Assembly (NCBI GenBank): GCA_965203965.1
Contig: CBDBDR010000017.1
Location: 608,001-672,000 of the forward strand
Length of the DNA: 64,000 nucleotides
DNA from: Thermodesulfobacteriota bacterium
GTDB taxonomy: Bacteria > Desulfobacterota_D > UBA1144 > Nemesobacterales > JAJCZQ01
Direction of reading: 5' to 3'
Both the position numbers and the translations under genes were made by a program. Below, piece by piece: positions 47,345 through 58,951 of the stretch. The notes beneath the pieces are model-generated. The model saw only the letters and a program-made list of their open reading frames with translations. It was not told the origin of the DNA and made no database searches. The number at the start of each line of letters is the position of its first letter. Position 1 is the first letter of the stretch.

Positions 47345-48394
47345 ATGGCAAAAAACAACACGGCAAACAGTAATGACGGCAAGGAAAAATCTATAGAGAT
47401 CGCAATCTCTTCCATAGAGAAACAGTTCGGGAAAGGTTCTATAATGAGGCTGGGTTCTGATACTGCCATCCCGAGCCTTTCCGTAATCCCAACCGGTTCA
47501 TTGGGTTTGGATATTGCACTGGGAGTCGGAGGACTCCCTAGAGGAAGAATAGTTGAAATATACGGACCCGAATCTTCCGGTAAAACAACAATAGCACTGC
47601 ATGCAATAGCAGAATGTCAGAAATCAGGTGGTATTGCGGCTTTTGTAGACGCAGAGCATGCTCTTGATCCCATATATGCCAATAAACTAGGAGTCAAGAC
47701 CGACGACCTACTCATATCACAGCCCGATTTTGGCGAACAGGCACTCGAGATAGTGGATACTCTAATAAGAAGCAGTGCCGTTGATATGATTGTGCTTGAT
47801 TCCGTTGCAGCATTGACACCTAGAGCTGAAATTGAGGGCGAAATGGGAGATTCTCACGTTGGTTTACAGGCAAGGTTAATGTCTCAAGCTCTCAGGAAGA
47901 TCACCGCAAACGTTAGTAGATCAAAGACCATTGTTGTATTCATCAACCAAACACGTATGAAGATCGGTGTTCCCTCCTATATGAACCCCGAAACAACAAC
48001 TGGAGGAACGGCACTCAGATTTTATTCGTCCGTAAGAATGGATGTCCGCAGAATTGGATCCATAAAAGACGCTGAGCAGATTTTGGGCAATAGGACCCGC
48101 GTTAAAGCCGTTAAGAACAAAGTAGCTCCTCCGTTCAAGGAAGCGGAGTTTGACGTGATTTTTGGAAGAGGAATATCAAAACTGGGCGAGATTTTGGATC
48201 TGGGAGTCAAATACAAAGTAGTTGGGAGAAGCGGAACATGGTTTTCCTACGGAGATGAAAGACTGGGTCAGGGAAGAGATAATGCTAAAACTTTTCTCTC
48301 CGAAAACCCTGATATAAGAAACGAAGTATACTCAAAAATACTTGAGGAAAGTGGAATAATACAAAAGAAGAAAGCAAATGACCAATCAAACTAA
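47345..48394 (+). CDS. recA: Recombinase RecA
   Basis: [23 protein letters not shown]. Confidence 0.99.
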   Translation: MAKNNTANSNDGKEKSIEIAISSIEKQFGKGSIMRLGSDTAIPSLSVIPTGSLGLDIALGVGGLPRGRIVEIYGPESSGKTTIALHAIAECQKSGGIAAFVDAEHALDPIYANKLGVKTDDLLISQPDFGEQALEIVDTLIRSSAVDMIVLDSVAALTPRAEIEGEMGDSHVGLQARLMSQALRKITANVSRSKTIVVFINQTRMKIGVPSYMNPETTTGGTALRFYSSVRMDVRRIGSIKDAEQILGNRTRVKAVKNKVAPPFKEAEFDVIFGRGISKLGEILDLGVKYKVVGRSGTWFSYGDERLGQGRDNAKTFLSENPDIRNEVYSKILEESGIIQKKKANDQSN

Positions 48395-49550
48395 CAGTGA
48401 AACAAAACAAGTTAATAAAATAAGTATTAATGAAATATTTAAACTCGCCGTGCGTCTTGATGCTTCTGATATTCTGATCAAAGTAGGTAGTCCCCCTGTA
48501 TTCAGGATTAACGGAAAACTCTTAGATCTAAAGAAAGTCCCTCCAGTCAATTCAAGTGAAAGCGTTGAATACGCCAATACTGTTATGAACGATTGGCAAA
48601 AGAATAAGTTTAATGAAAACTTTGAAATGGACTTGACTTATAAACTGGACGGAAACTATGTATCAGTAAAAAGTGAACATATTGAATCTAACATAACTTA
48701 TGATATTCCCGAAGCCAGGTTCAGAGTTAATATATTCAAACAACGGGGTAGCATTTCCATTGTGGCAAGGGTCATCAAAAACGAAATATCTAATTTTGAC
48801 CAGTTGAACTTGCCACCCGTCATGGAGTCCATTGCCAAAGAAGAGAGGGGGTTGGTTGTAGTCACGGGAACCACGGGTAGTGGCAAATCAACAACGCTTG
48901 CCTCAATAATTGATCACATCAACAGCAACTCGAAAAAACATATAATAACGATAGAGGATCCAATTGAATATGTATATAAAGACAAACTCAGCTATATCAA
49001 TCAAAGAGAAGTGGGAGTAGATACAAGATCATTCAACGGTGCTTTAAGATCGGCTCTCAGGGAAGACCCAGATGTAATACTTATTGGTGAAATGCGAGAC
49101 TTGGAAACAATAGAGCTTTGCCTGACCGCTGCCGAGACTGGCCACCTTGTGCTTGCAACCTTGCACGCACTTGACTCACGGGAAACTATCAACCGTATTC
49201 TTGGTGTCTTCCCCATTGACCAGCAAAATGCTGTCCGCCACCAGTTTTGTAATACACTGAAAGCAATTATATCCCAGAGACTGGTGCCTTGCGCCGATGG
49301 AAAAAGTAGAGTTCCTGCTGTGGAAATATTGTTGTGCACTTCAAGGATCAGAGCTCTGTTATCCTCTCCCGAAACAACCGGCTCAATAAACGATGCAATT
49401 GCAGAGGGAAAAGATCACTACGGTATGCAGACGTTCGATCAGTGCTTGCTGGATTTTCATAATAAAAAATTAATCACCTATGAAGAGACAATGAAACAAG
49501 CTACTAATAAAGAGGATCTGGATCTCAAGATCAGAGGTGTTGGAAAGTAG
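48378..49550 (+). CDS. pilT: PilT/PilU-family type IV pilus retraction ATPase
   Basis: [36 protein letters not shown]. Confidence 0.88.
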   Translation: MTNQTNSETKQVNKISINEIFKLAVRLDASDILIKVGSPPVFRINGKLLDLKKVPPVNSSESVEYANTVMNDWQKNKFNENFEMDLTYKLDGNYVSVKSEHIESNITYDIPEARFRVNIFKQRGSISIVARVIKNEISNFDQLNLPPVMESIAKEERGLVVVTGTTGSGKSTTLASIIDHINSNSKKHIITIEDPIEYVYKDKLSYINQREVGVDTRSFNGALRSALREDPDVILIGEMRDLETIELCLTAAETGHLVLATLHALDSRETINRILGVFPIDQQNAVRHQFCNTLKAIISQRLVPCADGKSRVPAVEILLCTSRIRALLSSPETTGSINDAIAEGKDHYGMQTFDQCLLDFHNKKLITYEETMKQATNKEDLDLKIRGVGK

Positions 49551-49580
49551 AATAAAGTCTTTCCTGCTTTCTTCCAAAAC

Positions 49581-50270
49581 ATGAAATTAATCGGTATAGA
49601 CACGTCCTCTCACTTGGGAAGTGTTTCAGTTTTTGAGGACTGCAAACTGCTTGGGGAATGTTTGTTGAACTTGGGTCCTGCTCATTCTGAAAATTTGGTT
49701 GCTTCTGCTGACTGGCTACTTAATTCCCTAAAAATAAAAAGAAATGAACTTCAAGGTGTGGCCGTATCTATCGGTCCCGGCTCATTCACATCGCTCAGAG
49801 TTGGAGTAACGATGGCAAAATCTCTTGCCTACACGTTAAAGTTGAAAATCATTGGAGTATCATCGCTTGAGATCATTGCATCAAATATTGCCTACACCGA
49901 TAAAAAAATATGCGTTTTAACGGATGCCAAACGGAAAGAGGTATATTCGTCAATATTTGAATACAAAGAAGGGTCAATTAAACAAATAAGAAGCGAAAAA
50001 ATTCAAACGGTCGCAGAACTCTGCAACGACATAAATGACGGCACTGTCTTTGTTGGAGACGCAGTATCAATTTATAAAAATGATCTAAAAAGTTACCTTG
50101 GCAGTCTTGCAATAATAGCAGGTGAGCCATTTAACATGTCGGTTTCATCACGCTGTGCTTTAATTGGGTATAACAAGATAAAAGATGGATTGGAAGATGA
50201 CCCAGTTACATTGACGCCCAACTATTTAAGAAAGTCTGAAGTAAAACTCAAAGCGAAAAATAACCCATAG
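49581..50270 (+). CDS. tsaB: tRNA t6A biosynthesis protein TsaB
   Basis: IGIDTS, GPGSFTSLRVG, DAKRKEVY, PNYLR. Confidence 0.94.
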   Translation: MKLIGIDTSSHLGSVSVFEDCKLLGECLLNLGPAHSENLVASADWLLNSLKIKRNELQGVAVSIGPGSFTSLRVGVTMAKSLAYTLKLKIIGVSSLEIIASNIAYTDKKICVLTDAKRKEVYSSIFEYKEGSIKQIRSEKIQTVAELCNDINDGTVFVGDAVSIYKNDLKSYLGSLAIIAGEPFNMSVSSRCALIGYNKIKDGLEDDPVTLTPNYLRKSEVKLKAKNNP

Positions 50271-50366
50271 CCTTAATAACCAATTGAAAAATATTATTAT
50301 ACATATACGTTATTTGGTTTCAGTAGCTTATCTCAAAGACTTTGAGCGAATTTATAGGAGTTTATA

Positions 50367-52070
50367 ATGGCTAAGATGTTAGGTGCACAAATGTTTTTTG
50401 AAACGCTTCTTCACCAGGGCATTGACGTAGTGTTCGGACTGCCCGGTGGATACGTGCTTAAAGTCTATGACGTAATGACCGGTTATACTGACAGGATAAA
50501 TCACGTGCTTGCAAGACATGAACAAGCTGCAACACACATGGCAGACGGCTATGCCAGAGCTTCAGGAAAACCCGGCGTTGTACTATGCACGTCAGGACCG
50601 GCTGCCACAAACACGGTAACAGGTATAGCAACGGCACAAATGGATTCATCCCCCATTGTTATTTTTACCGGCCAGGTTCCAACACAATATCTGGGCAGCG
50701 ACGCATTTCAGGAAGCCGACCATATAGGAATTACAATGCCTTGCACCAAACACAACTATCTTGTAAGAAAAACGTCTGACCTACCTGGCACAATGCTTGA
50801 GGCTTTCCACATTGCTACAACTGGAAGGCCAAGTCCCGTACTTGTTGATATGCCAAAAGACGTTCTGGTGGGAGAAGATGAATTTATAATACCAAAACAA
50901 ATAAATGTCCGGGGATACAAACCCAACTTAAAAGGCAATCCATCTCAGATCAAAAAAGCAGTTGATCTTATACTAAAATCAAAAAGACCTGTGGTCTTCT
51001 GCGGAGGTGGGGTGATCTGCGCAAATGCAACAGAAGAACTGAAAAAGTTTGTGGATAAAACGCAGATACCCGTTTGCTCTACTTTAATGGGACTTGGTGC
51101 TTTTCCTCCCGATGACCCAATGTATGTAAACTTCCTCGGCATGCACGGCTCTTATGCTTCAAATATGACGATACACGAATCCGACCTTGTTATATCTATC
51201 GGTGCAAGGTTTGATGACAGGGCAACGGGTGGAAAATTTGACGAATTTGCTCCAACAGCCGAAATTATTCACATTGATATAGACCCTGCAACAATTGACA
51301 AAAACATATATGTAGAATGTCCAATTGTCGGAGATGCAAAGCAGGTTTTAAACCAGATAATGGAAGCCCTGCCGGAAACAATCAAAACAGACCGCAGAGA
51401 GTGGCTTGCTAAAATAGATGAATGGGACAAAAAACATCCCCTCAATCCCAATCAGAACGGGGATATGATCTCAACCTCTTATACAGTTGATCTGCTGTCC
51501 AAAATGACAAAAGGCGATGCGATCATTGTATCAGACGTAGGCCAGCATCAGATGTGGCTTGCCCAGTTCTATAAATTCAAAAAACCAAGAAGGTGGATAA
51601 ACTCAGGAGGACTGGGAACAATGGGATTTGGATTTCCCGCCGCTATGGGTGCTAAATTCGCAAAGCCCGATGACCTTGTTATAGCCGTATGCGGTGACGG
51701 TAGCTTCCAGATGAATTTTCAGGAGCTTGCAACCGCAGTTGAAAACAACATGGACCTAAAGATCATTGTATTCAACAACCAGCATCACGGAATGGTAAGA
51801 CAATGGCAGACGATGTTTTTTGAAAGCAACTTCTCCGCATCCAAGTTTGAGGTTTTGCCGGATTTCGTCAAGCTGGCACAAGCCTTTGGGGCAAAAGGTA
51901 TAAAAGCAGAAAGACCCGAAGATCTGGAATCCACTCTAAAAGAGGGAATAAATACAGAGGGCGTCGTACTTATGGAAATAGTTGTAGATCCCACGGAGAT
52001 GGTATATCCAATGATAACCCCAGGTGGAGCAATGAACGATATGATAATGCAGCCGGTTGACGTTGCCTGA
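50367..52070 (+). CDS. ilvB: Acetolactate synthase large subunit
   Basis: RHEQAATHMADGYAR, TSGP, GGLGTMGFG, GDGSFQM. Confidence 0.96.
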   Translation: MAKMLGAQMFFETLLHQGIDVVFGLPGGYVLKVYDVMTGYTDRINHVLARHEQAATHMADGYARASGKPGVVLCTSGPAATNTVTGIATAQMDSSPIVIFTGQVPTQYLGSDAFQEADHIGITMPCTKHNYLVRKTSDLPGTMLEAFHIATTGRPSPVLVDMPKDVLVGEDEFIIPKQINVRGYKPNLKGNPSQIKKAVDLILKSKRPVVFCGGGVICANATEELKKFVDKTQIPVCSTLMGLGAFPPDDPMYVNFLGMHGSYASNMTIHESDLVISIGARFDDRATGGKFDEFAPTAEIIHIDIDPATIDKNIYVECPIVGDAKQVLNQIMEALPETIKTDRREWLAKIDEWDKKHPLNPNQNGDMISTSYTVDLLSKMTKGDAIIVSDVGQHQMWLAQFYKFKKPRRWINSGGLGTMGFGFPAAMGAKFAKPDDLVIAVCGDGSFQMNFQELATAVENNMDLKIIVFNNQHHGMVRQWQTMFFESNFSASKFEVLPDFVKLAQAFGAKGIKAERPEDLESTLKEGINTEGVVLMEIVVDPTEMVYPMITPGGAMNDMIMQPVDVA

Positions 52071-52100
52071 GAAGCTAATGCTCTTAAATTGTGAAGGGAT

Positions 52101-52583
52101 ATGACAATGTTAAGATTTTTACTAATTTTAGTTATTGTTTCAGTCTTTTCGTTACCTGTAAAGGTTAATTCAGAAACTTTATCTGGGTGGATTTATAACG
52201 AATCTGTTGACGAATTTACAGATGAACTTAGTTCTGTTGGGGCAGGAATCCACAAAGGAGGTAATTTGGTCGCATTAGTAACCTGTTTGTTAAAAGAAAA
52301 AGAGAATTTATTATTTTTTGTGATAAGTCCTGAAAGTTATTTTAGTCTAAAAGATAGTGATGAAGTAAAAATAAGAATTGACAAAGACAATATGGAAATT
52401 TATCAAGCACAAGTTATGTCAGGAAGAAGTCAAAGGGTTTTCATAGGCTATCCTCACGGTTTAGCGAAAAGAATGATGCGGGGCAATAAAATGATCATAA
52501 AAGTGGGTAATTCAGATACTATAAGGGTTTCATTAAAAGGCTCTGCAAAACCGATCCAAAGAGTTTTAGATAAATGTAAGTAA
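52101..52583 (+). CDS. Hypothetical exported protein
   Basis: Signal peptide, W-x6-DEFTD, two Cys, AT-rich; sits between ilvB and ilvN. Confidence 0.7.
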   Translation: MTMLRFLLILVIVSVFSLPVKVNSETLSGWIYNESVDEFTDELSSVGAGIHKGGNLVALVTCLLKEKENLLFFVISPESYFSLKDSDEVKIRIDKDNMEIYQAQVMSGRSQRVFIGYPHGLAKRMMRGNKMIIKVGNSDTIRVSLKGSAKPIQRVLDKCK

Positions 52584-52652
52584 TATTTGTCTGTTTGGTA
52601 TTATCATCCTCTTTTATATAATTAGACAATCAATCAACAAGGGAAAAAGAAA

Positions 52653-53141
52653 TTGAGACACACTATATCATTATTAGTTGATAACAAATCAGGTGTTCTT
52701 TCCCGCGTTGCTGGTCTATTCAGTGCACGTGGGTTTAATATTGAGAATCTGAACGTCGCACCAACCCATGACCCAGAAACATCTAGGATCACGCTGGTTA
52801 CAACGGGAGACGACTATATTATCCAACAGGTCATCAAGCGATTTAACAATATGGTCAACGTAATTAAAGTTACAGACCTGACGGAAATGAAACACGTGGA
52901 AAGAGAGATGGTGCTTGTAAAAGTTGATGCATTAATTAACAACCGTGCTGAAATTCTCCGTATATCGGACATTTTCAGAGCAAAAGTCGTTGACATCAGC
53001 CAGCAAACGTACACTCTGGAACTCACTGGAGATATTGAAAAAATAAACGCATTTATTGAAATGCTAAAACCATTTGGGATAAAAGAAATTGCTCGCACGG
53101 GCACCGTTGCAATGGCTCGTGAAAAAAAAACAGGCTTCTAA
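52653..53141 (+). CDS. ilvN: Acetolactate synthase small subunit
   Basis: NKSGVLSRVAGLFSARGFNI ACT domain, EIARTG. Confidence 0.96.
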   Translation: MRHTISLLVDNKSGVLSRVAGLFSARGFNIENLNVAPTHDPETSRITLVTTGDDYIIQQVIKRFNNMVNVIKVTDLTEMKHVEREMVLVKVDALINNRAEILRISDIFRAKVVDISQQTYTLELTGDIEKINAFIEMLKPFGIKEIARTGTVAMAREKKTGF

Positions 53142-53174
53142 GTAAGTAATTCAAATCAATTAAGGAGATATTAA

Positions 53175-54193
<1,019 letters not shown>

Positions 54194-54194
<1 letters not shown>

Positions 54195-54850
54195 TGTTTA
54201 AAAAATTCACACCAATATCTCCTGAAGGTGTGCCAATGATATTGCTCACGGGTATTGCAGGATGGATATTGGCATTCTTTGAGTTTCAATTACTATCTTT
54301 TGTTCTTTTTGTACTGACAATCGCTTTAATTTTTTTCTTCAGAGATCCCAAGAGAAATACCGTCAATGACCCGGACGCTGTTGTATCACCTGCCGATGGG
54401 GAAATAATAAGCATATTAAATGCCACCGAGACAGAATTTTTAAAGAAAGACTGCTTGAAAATAAGTATATTCCTATCCATCCTTGATTGTCATGTAAACC
54501 GTTTTCCAGTCTCCGGGAAAGTTCTGGCTACAAAATATAAACACGGCAGATATAATTTGGCTTATAAGTCGGAACTTTCCAGTGAAAATGAACAATTGAT
54601 GACTTATATAGAACTTAAAGACGGCTTAAATATAGTATTTTCTCAAGTTGCCGGCTTTTTGGCTCGCAGAATCGTATCTTATGCCGACGTTGGCAGTTAC
54701 TATAATCAGGGTGATAAATTTGGAATAATAAAGTTTGGTTCTAGAATGGATATTTACCTACCGGTCAATTCCGTTTTGGAGGTTCAGGAAGGAGACAAAG
54801 TAAGAGCAGGAGAAACCATAATAGCATGGCTCATAGAAAAAACAGATTAA
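54194..54850 (+). CDS. psd: Phosphatidylserine decarboxylase proenzyme
   Basis: FFRDP, SPADG, HVNR, FGSRMD cleavage motif. Confidence 0.93.
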
Positions 54851-55680
54851 GCAGAAAAAATCTGAAACTGAAAAAGGAAAAATTAATTCCCTTATTTCCA
54901 AATATTATAACAACGGGAAGTCTAACCCTTGGGCTTGCTTCAATTATGAGTTCACTCCAGATTTTATCTATTAAATCAGTTCCAGGTGCCGATCTTGAAC
55001 AACTCTTTGGTAAATTCTGGTGGGCTGCCAGCTTTATTGGTTTAGCGATCGTATTTGATATGCTTGACGGCAAGGTCGCACGTGCGCTTGGATCAGATAG
55101 TAAATTTGGCGTCTCTTATGATTCATTGTCAGATTTGGTTTCTTTTGGGATTGCACCCGCAGTTTTGTTATACGTTTGGTGTCTCGCCGACGCAGGCAAA
55201 ATGGGACTTATGGCTTTGTTGTTTTACATTATTTGCACTGCACTGAGACTTGCAAGGTTTAACATACAGGCTCAAAAAGAGGAAAAATACAACTTTTCAG
55301 GACTGCCAAGTCCTATGGCAGCCGGGTTAATGTTTGCACCAGTAATGCTTTTTTCAGAATTCAATCGCATCCCAACTCAGGAAGTCGTATGGTATTACCT
55401 AATTTTAGCACCACTCGCCGGTATTATAATGGTCAGCAACATCCCGTATAGAAAATTCTTAGAGTTAAAACTTAAAGGACAGTTCAATACTTTGGTAATT
55501 GTCGCAATAATCATATCTGCCATTGTTTCCAATCCATCCGCAATGGTGCTGATCATAGTCTATCTGTATTTCCTGTTGGGTATTGCAACATACATTTATA
55601 ACTTCAGCAGGGATCGCCGCGGACTGAAAAAACCACTTTCAGAACAAGAAGTGCTTGACGCATCCAAACCTAAAAAATGA
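54826..55680 (+). CDS. pssA: CDP-diacylglycerol--serine O-phosphatidyltransferase
   Basis: DMLDGKVAR...DSLSDLVSFG, LRLARFN. Confidence 0.93.
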   Translation: MAHRKNRLSRKNLKLKKEKLIPLFPNIITTGSLTLGLASIMSSLQILSIKSVPGADLEQLFGKFWWAASFIGLAIVFDMLDGKVARALGSDSKFGVSYDSLSDLVSFGIAPAVLLYVWCLADAGKMGLMALLFYIICTALRLARFNIQAQKEEKYNFSGLPSPMAAGLMFAPVMLFSEFNRIPTQEVVWYYLILAPLAGIIMVSNIPYRKFLELKLKGQFNTLVIVAIIISAIVSNPSAMVLIIVYLYFLLGIATYIYNFSRDRRGLKKPLSEQEVLDASKPKK

Positions 55681-55715
55681 ATTCAGAACTGACTTTGAGA
55701 GTCCGTTTAGCTAAT

Positions 55716-58373
55716 ATGAAGAATTTTATCATAATAGTCTTGATATTGTTTTCCTCAAATATATTCAAGGAGAATCTAATGAGTGCAGAGCTTACTGATA
55801 AACAAGGAGTATCCAAGTTTCTTTTGGACAATGGATTGACGGTAATATTACAAGAAAACAACTCATCCCCGGTAACCGCGGTGAACGTATGGGTAAAAAC
55901 CGGAAGCACTTGCGAAGTTGAAGGAGAATACGGATTGGCTCACGTCCACGAACACATGCTTTTTAAGGGAACTGAAAAACGTGCTCTGGGAGAGATAGCT
56001 AAAACTATTGAAGCAGGAGGCGGAGATATAAACGCCTATACATCGTTTGATGAAACCGTTTATTACGTTGTCAGTGCAAGCAGGTTTTTAAGGTCCACGT
56101 TGGATATCCTTGCAGATGTAATGCAAAACTCCACTTTTGACCCCATAGAACTTGAAAAAGAACTTGAGGTAGTTCAAGAAGAAATCAGGAGAGGCAATGA
56201 TACGCCCGGCAGAGTGTTGAGCCAGAAATTGTTTTCAACGGTTTATGATAAACATCCTTACAAAAGACCTATAATTGGCACAAAAGAAAGCGTTGATTCG
56301 TTTACCAGAGAAAAGATCCTGAATTTTTATAACAAATGGTATAGCCCTCAAAATATGGCACTGGTAATTGTGGGAGACTTCAAAAGCAAAGAGATCATTC
56401 CGGTCATTCAAAAAACATTTGGAAAACTCAAAAAAAGAAATTTTTCTGAATGCAAAATTCCCGTTGAGCCAAAGCAGAAAACAATCAAGACTTTTGTTAT
56501 AGACAAGGATATAAACGAAGCATATTTTTCCCTTGCCTTTCACGTCCCAGATATTAAGCACGAGGACACCCCGATAATCGACGTTATATCCAATATTCTG
56601 GGTGGAGGAGAAAGCTCAAGGATGAACAGGAAAGTAAAAGAGGAAATGGGTCTTGTAAACTCAATTTACTCATACTCATACACTCCAAAACACAGCGGCA
56701 TCTTCGTAGTTGGTGGAACTCTTCAACCGGACAAGGTTGATGACGCTTTTAGAGAAATTATCAAACAGGTTTATAAACTGAAGCATCTGACCGTTGGCAA
56801 TGAAGAGCTTAAAAAAGCACGGGTCAATATTGAAAGTGAGTTTATCTACTCAAAAGAGACAATGCAGGGACAAGCACAAAAGCTCGGGACATTTGAAATT
56901 GACGCTGGTGATTACAGATATGAACATCAGTATATTGATAAGATAAGCAATGTAACACCTGAGAAAATAAAGCAAGTTGCCAATAAGTATTTTACGGATT
57001 CAAATATCACGGCAGGTGTATTACTTCCATCCGACCAGAAAACAACCACCAAAGACGAGCTGAAAAGCACTGTACTTGACCAAGTGAGACTTATTGAGTC
57101 CGAGTATGCCAAAAAGCCAATACCGAGTGCTGAAAACAAAACCACCAGAAAGGTATTGAAAAATGGAATAAGGGTATTGATCAAGGAAAATCATTCTGTC
57201 CCTATATTTTCCGCAAAAGCGATATTCTTAGGCGGTGTAAGATATGAAAATGAAGACACGAACGGACTTTCAAATTTCCTGTCCGAGATGTCTACAAGGG
57301 GAACTAACAATCGCACTTCAGAGGAAATAGCACTGGAAATTGATTCTATCGCCGGAGAGCTTAACGGGTTTTCAGGAAGAAACAGCGTCGGGGTTACAGT
57401 TGAATCATTGAGCAAGAATTTCCATCAAGCAATGGAGTTGTTTGGAGACGTTGTTTTAAATCCCTCTTTTCCAGAGGAGGAAATAGAAAGGGCGAGGAGA
57501 AATATTATCTCGGACATAAAAAAACAGGATGACAACCTGCTTAGAAAATCTATCAATCTTTTTCTAAAATCTCTCTATACCGAACACCCTTACCGTTTCA
57601 GCACACTTGGTAACATGGAAAATGTTAAAAAGTTCAATAAAAACGACCTTATCACCTTTTACAAAAAATTAGCTGACCCCTCTAATCTTGTAATATCTAT
57701 CGTTGGAAGTGTGAACACGGATGAAGCAATGGCATTAATAGAAAAACATTTCGGCAACATGAAAGGGTCAGGTCTTGTTAGACTTACTCTCCAGAATGAG
57801 AAAAAACAGGACGATATAAGGGAAAAAACAGCTTACGAAACGGACAAATCCCAAACTCACATTATACTTGGTTTTCAGGGACCCACTTTTTACGATAAGG
57901 ACTACCACGCCTTTAAGGTTCTCAATGCAATACTTGCAGGGCAAGGAGGCAGACTGTTCATTGAATTGAGAGACAAAAAAAGTATGGCTTATGTAATCAC
58001 CTCGTTTCTATCTCCTGGAATTGAGAATGGATTTTTTGGAATTTATATAGGAACTGCCCCAAGTAAGGAAAAAGAAGCAATAGAAGGAATAAAAAATGAG
58101 ATTACAAGACTGCTTCAGAATGGGATCACGGATGAGGAATTAGAACGAGCAAGAAACTACCTTGTCGGTGGCTTTGAAATAGCCTTACAGCAGAACTCCG
58201 CTCAAGCTAGTAGGATCGCTTCTGATGAGATCTATGGCATAGGATGGGATTCGTATTCCAAATATTCGGAAAAAATATTTGCCGTAAGTAAAGATGACGT
58301 TATGAGAGTAGCAAAAAAGTTTTTTGACCTTAATGCCTACACGCTCGCAATCGTGAAAAACGAGGATAATTAA
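55716..58373 (+). CDS. M16 family zinc peptidase (start uncertain: 55716 or 55779)
   Basis: HVHEH (HxxEH) motif, NAYTS, duplicated M16 halves. Confidence 0.92.
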   Translation: MKNFIIIVLILFSSNIFKENLMSAELTDKQGVSKFLLDNGLTVILQENNSSPVTAVNVWVKTGSTCEVEGEYGLAHVHEHMLFKGTEKRALGEIAKTIEAGGGDINAYTSFDETVYYVVSASRFLRSTLDILADVMQNSTFDPIELEKELEVVQEEIRRGNDTPGRVLSQKLFSTVYDKHPYKRPIIGTKESVDSFTREKILNFYNKWYSPQNMALVIVGDFKSKEIIPVIQKTFGKLKKRNFSECKIPVEPKQKTIKTFVIDKDINEAYFSLAFHVPDIKHEDTPIIDVISNILGGGESSRMNRKVKEEMGLVNSIYSYSYTPKHSGIFVVGGTLQPDKVDDAFREIIKQVYKLKHLTVGNEELKKARVNIESEFIYSKETMQGQAQKLGTFEIDAGDYRYEHQYIDKISNVTPEKIKQVANKYFTDSNITAGVLLPSDQKTTTKDELKSTVLDQVRLIESEYAKKPIPSAENKTTRKVLKNGIRVLIKENHSVPIFSAKAIFLGGVRYENEDTNGLSNFLSEMSTRGTNNRTSEEIALEIDSIAGELNGFSGRNSVGVTVESLSKNFHQAMELFGDVVLNPSFPEEEIERARRNIISDIKKQDDNLLRKSINLFLKSLYTEHPYRFSTLGNMENVKKFNKNDLITFYKKLADPSNLVISIVGSVNTDEAMALIEKHFGNMKGSGLVRLTLQNEKKQDDIREKTAYETDKSQTHIILGFQGPTFYDKDYHAFKVLNAILAGQGGRLFIELRDKKSMAYVITSFLSPGIENGFFGIYIGTAPSKEKEAIEGIKNEITRLLQNGITDEELERARNYLVGGFEIALQQNSAQASRIASDEIYGIGWDSYSKYSEKIFAVSKDDVMRVAKKFFDLNAYTLAIVKNEDN

Positions 58374-58457
58374 TCCAATTAAGAAATATGAGACTAAAAC
58401 CCTCGTAATTCCATCTAATGGGCTCAAAAAACAAACAACTTTTTCAGCACAAGTTGT

Positions 58458-58757
58458 TTACTCGCCTTCAAGCAAATATTTATCGTAAACTTCTTTTGCC
58501 CAGAACAACTCAGTGCCGGACGATACCAATGCCACTTCCATTATAGCCTCTGCTATTTCCTCTTTACTGAAACCCGCTGCCATAGCTTTTTTTATCCTTG
58601 AACCGGTACAGTGGGGACACCTACCTTGAATAGCAACGGCAAGTGCTATCATCGCTTTTGATTTCTGGTCTAATTTGCTTTCACCTTCACAGGAATTGTA
58701 AAACTCCCACCACCCTTTTGCCATATCTGGTGCTTTCTCTTCAAACCATAGTGCCAT
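58458..58757 (-). CDS. Carboxymuconolactone decarboxylase / AhpD-like protein
   Basis: LDQKSKAMIALAVA...CPHC...EEIAEAI. Confidence 0.88.
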   Translation of the reverse strand: MALWFEEKAPDMAKGWWEFYNSCEGESKLDQKSKAMIALAVAIQGRCPHCTGSRIKKAMAAGFSKEEIAEAIMEVALVSSGTELFWAKEVYDKYLLEGE

Positions 58758-58951
58758 TTGATAAATCCTCCTTAATTGAAATAAATTTTATGATTAGCAG
58801 ACATTATACCACTAAATTGCACCAAAATGTGCTTCATACATTGAAAGCCATTTGGTGTTGTTATGGCTGGAAAAAATGAATTCTATCCATATAAGGATTA
58901 AGAAGATCGTTTTTGCTGTTTAATCTTTATAATGTTTCAAGCATTAACTGC

